The notes under the pieces: generated by a model | Seen by the model: the letters and a program-made list of their open reading frames with translations, nothing else | Databases searched by the model: none | What the model was told of the DNA's origin: nothing | Program-made: the position numbers and the translations under genes | NCBI GenBank assembly: GCA_051362555.1 | Contig: CM120643.1 | Location: 27,470,848 to 27,534,847 of the forward strand | Source of the DNA: Lingula anatina | Lineage: Eukaryota; Animalia; Brachiopoda | Reading direction: 5' to 3' | DNA length: 64,000 nt | Shown here: positions 61,374-64,000 of the stretch, piece by piece | Layout of the letters: each line of letters begins with the position of its first letter | Position numbering within the stretch: the stretch's first letter is position 1

Positions 61374-63780
61374 TTAAAGGTGATCTCATTACATGGTTAC
61401 CTGGCTGTGACACTATTAACGACATCAGTCTCTCTCTCTCTCTCTCTCTCTTACACACATACACGCATGCACGCACGCACACGCATGCACACACACACAC
61501 ACACACCTGCTCTCTACCCCAGTATGCTCCTCTCAGTACCCATGGTGACCTAACCAGTGGTCAGAACTTGACCACAGGACACAGGTTTGACACACGGTCT
61601 CTACACAAGATATCTACTCAAATTTCAAATTTGTCAGCAACTTACTTATTGTATGCCTGTTTGGCATTGGTTTCATTGGTAAGTGAAGAGAGACAGACAG
61701 ACAGAAAGAAAAAAAAAGATACAGAGAGAAGGAAGGGAAAATGAGAGAAATATGGATAAAAACTTATACAGGAGTGTGACCAAAAAAAAGGGGAGGAGGG
61801 AATGGAAATTGTGACAAGACAAAGTTTCAATTGATGCAATTTTTTTTAATTTGGACAAAACAGATAAATAACATCTACCAAAATGATGCTTTGTTGGTAA
61901 TATGTAAATTGTTGATTTAGAAGTTCAGAAAAGCCAGTTTTTACCTCATGAGAAATTACATCAAACTGAGAGAATTTAAACAGTAATTTTTTTAAAGGTT
62001 TAGTACTGGAATGAGTATTTGACTATATTACATGGGTTGTATTGATAATAGTTTTCTGCACTGAATATTGCTGAGGAGAAACATCCATTGATCTGCGGCT
62101 GTACCTGGTAAAGACACCACTACTTCTAATCTGATAAAAATTACATATCCTTTGGCGTCTTGATATTGGAGAAGCCTGGATAATTTGATAATGTGTAGCT
62201 GACAGGGCCGTTAATCTGGTCATAAAAACTTTGATACAAACCAACCAATCTTTTCTTTTTTCCATCTCATAATTGCTTTTGGCAGACGCATTTTAACCAA
62301 ATGTGCTATCCGCATGTTTGTAACAATCAAGCACACTTAGTCATAAGGAAAACATTTTCTGTTAAATTGAATTCTTGGTTTAAGTGTTTTCTTCCACAAT
62401 CGACCACTTATCCGCGGATGAAGTAAGGAAGGTAGAGGACTTATTGTTAATACAGGTCAGCGTCATTGCCAAACTATTGCCTGTTTTGTGGTCTCCGTCA
62501 AGTGTCTTCCTTCCTGCGGTGCTATGATTCTATAGCAACAACCAAGTTGAAATGGACTTTACCACATGAATTTGGATTTTTTGTATAGTCACTGTTAGGT
62601 TGTGACTATTTGTTTGTGTGATTATAAGAGAATTGTTGGGGTTTACTAAATTTTCATTTGTGTATGATTAAAGATGGAAGGTAGATATGGATTTTTGTGA
62701 TGTCATTGTAAGTTGTGGACACCAGTTCTTTTTTCTGCGTATTTTGTGGTTACACGCGAGAGCCTGGTGTCAGCCCTGGGGTCTTGTAATTATGTTATTG
62801 GAAGTTCTAGATAGGGAGAATGAGTCAGTCTTTTGTCTTGATTTTTTTTTTTTTTTTTTTTTTTTTTGTCAGTGTTTCTGTTTGGTTACCTGTCTGACTT
62901 TCTGTGATTGTGTGTGCGTGCATGCACGTGTGTGCTTGTACCTTTTTCGTACATTTCTTCATGTGTCCATGTACAGACAGTAAAAGATGAAACGTGCAAA
63001 ATGTCATTATCAGTGAATTGCAAAGTAAATGAATCATATAAATAATTGCACAACACTTTCTGTGCAATTAAAAAAATTACTCAGAGACAAAGGAAAAAAC
63101 AACCTTACTTTCCACAGATATCACCATATTACTGGTTCCTGTGACAGCTGTCACATTACAAGGTAGACAAGATAGATGATGATTGGCAAGCATCTGACAT
63201 AAATTGGACATGGTAATAAATAGAGGCACCTTAAGGGATACTGCTTATGATGTATTAAATTTAAATGTCTGGAGGCATGTTAGTCAAGTATTATGTTGTG
63301 GTTTCTACAGAAAGTATATTAATACATATGTCATTGTATTGGGTTGACCTGTGTACTCATTTTAAGGAAATGGCAGTTGACTTGTGGAATATTTATATTT
63401 AGAGAGTGCTGTCATCCTGACCACAAACGGGTTATGATTTCTACCAAAATATTGTGTGCTGTCCTCTTTCTCAATCTTATAGCATAGTGTGTGTGTGATT
63501 GTGTGTGTTTAATTGGATTTAAATTGTAAGTTTCATTTTTTCATGGTGCATTTCGAACTGTCAGCCCCCCCCCCCCCCCCCCCCCCCCACCACTGGTCAC
63601 AATATAAGTCCTTCATAGATAATACATTTTCTTTTATCTTGTGATTTGTCAAACTCAAAGTGACAACCTTCATTATGGATGTTTAACACTACACTGAAAT
63701 TGCTTACATGATAAGGAGTCCAGCACTTGTAACTTTCACTTTCACTTTTATTCAACCAATGATATGCATTGTTGTTTTAG

Positions 63781-63882
63781 GTCAGTGTTACACGTGTGGT
63801 GAGATGGTTTCTGGAACCAACGACGCCTGTCAAGCGATGGGGAACCTGTACCATACCAAATGTTTTGTTTGCTGCTCGTGTG
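63781..63882 (+). CDS. WTIP: Ajuba/WTIP/LIMD1 exon 2, first half of LIM1 (GQCYTCGEMVSGTNDACQAMGNLYHTKCFVCCSCG)
   Basis: ttttag| and G|gtaagt; phase 1 matches exon 1; CxxC-x17-HxxCxxCxxC LIM pattern with the family-typical ACQAMGNLYH. Confidence 0.93.
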
Positions 63883-64000
63883 GTAAGTGCGTACACACAT
63901 GCATGCACACACAAGCACAAAGAGCCTGTACTACACCATTTGTAGCTCCTGTGGTAAGAGAAAAACACTTGCACATGTGCATACTACGGATAGCACATAC

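Noticed and set aside
33411-63780. TEAD (CATTCC/GGAATG) motif cluster as YAP feedback
   Set aside because: About ten sites seen by eye, similar to chance expectation for 30 kb

Overview
AT-rich animal genomic DNA with spliceosomal introns; the repeat landscape suggests a mollusc or other lophotrochozoan, which is inference only. Two protein-coding genes lie head-to-head. (1) Minus strand: a complete CLC-family Cl-/H+ exchanger of the ClC-6/ClC-7-related group, with 16 coding exons (25196 to 10922, about 874 aa) and two CBS domains. It has atypical GPEGP and GLVVP signature motifs and one GC-AG intron. (2) Plus strand: the 5' part of an Ajuba/WTIP/LIMD1-family LIM gene, with a 1867-nt first coding exon (31544-33410), a 30.4-kb intron and a LIM1 exon (63781-63882). 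The remainder is dense with non-autonomous, often nested DNA transposons resembling IS3EU, Kolobok, PIF/Harbinger, MULE, Tc1/pogo, hAT/P, Helentron and a (CA)n-targeting Dada-like type, plus tandem repeats. The most unusual signals are: recurrent tandem duplications centred on exon/intron junctions that leave decoy splice sites (4 junctions in 2 genes); a 5.7-kb element inserted in a (CA)n microsatellite; and a 4-kb TIR element between the divergent genes carrying paired MiT/TFE-type boxes. All exon models were derived by hand from splice signals and phase consistency, and no database searches were run.
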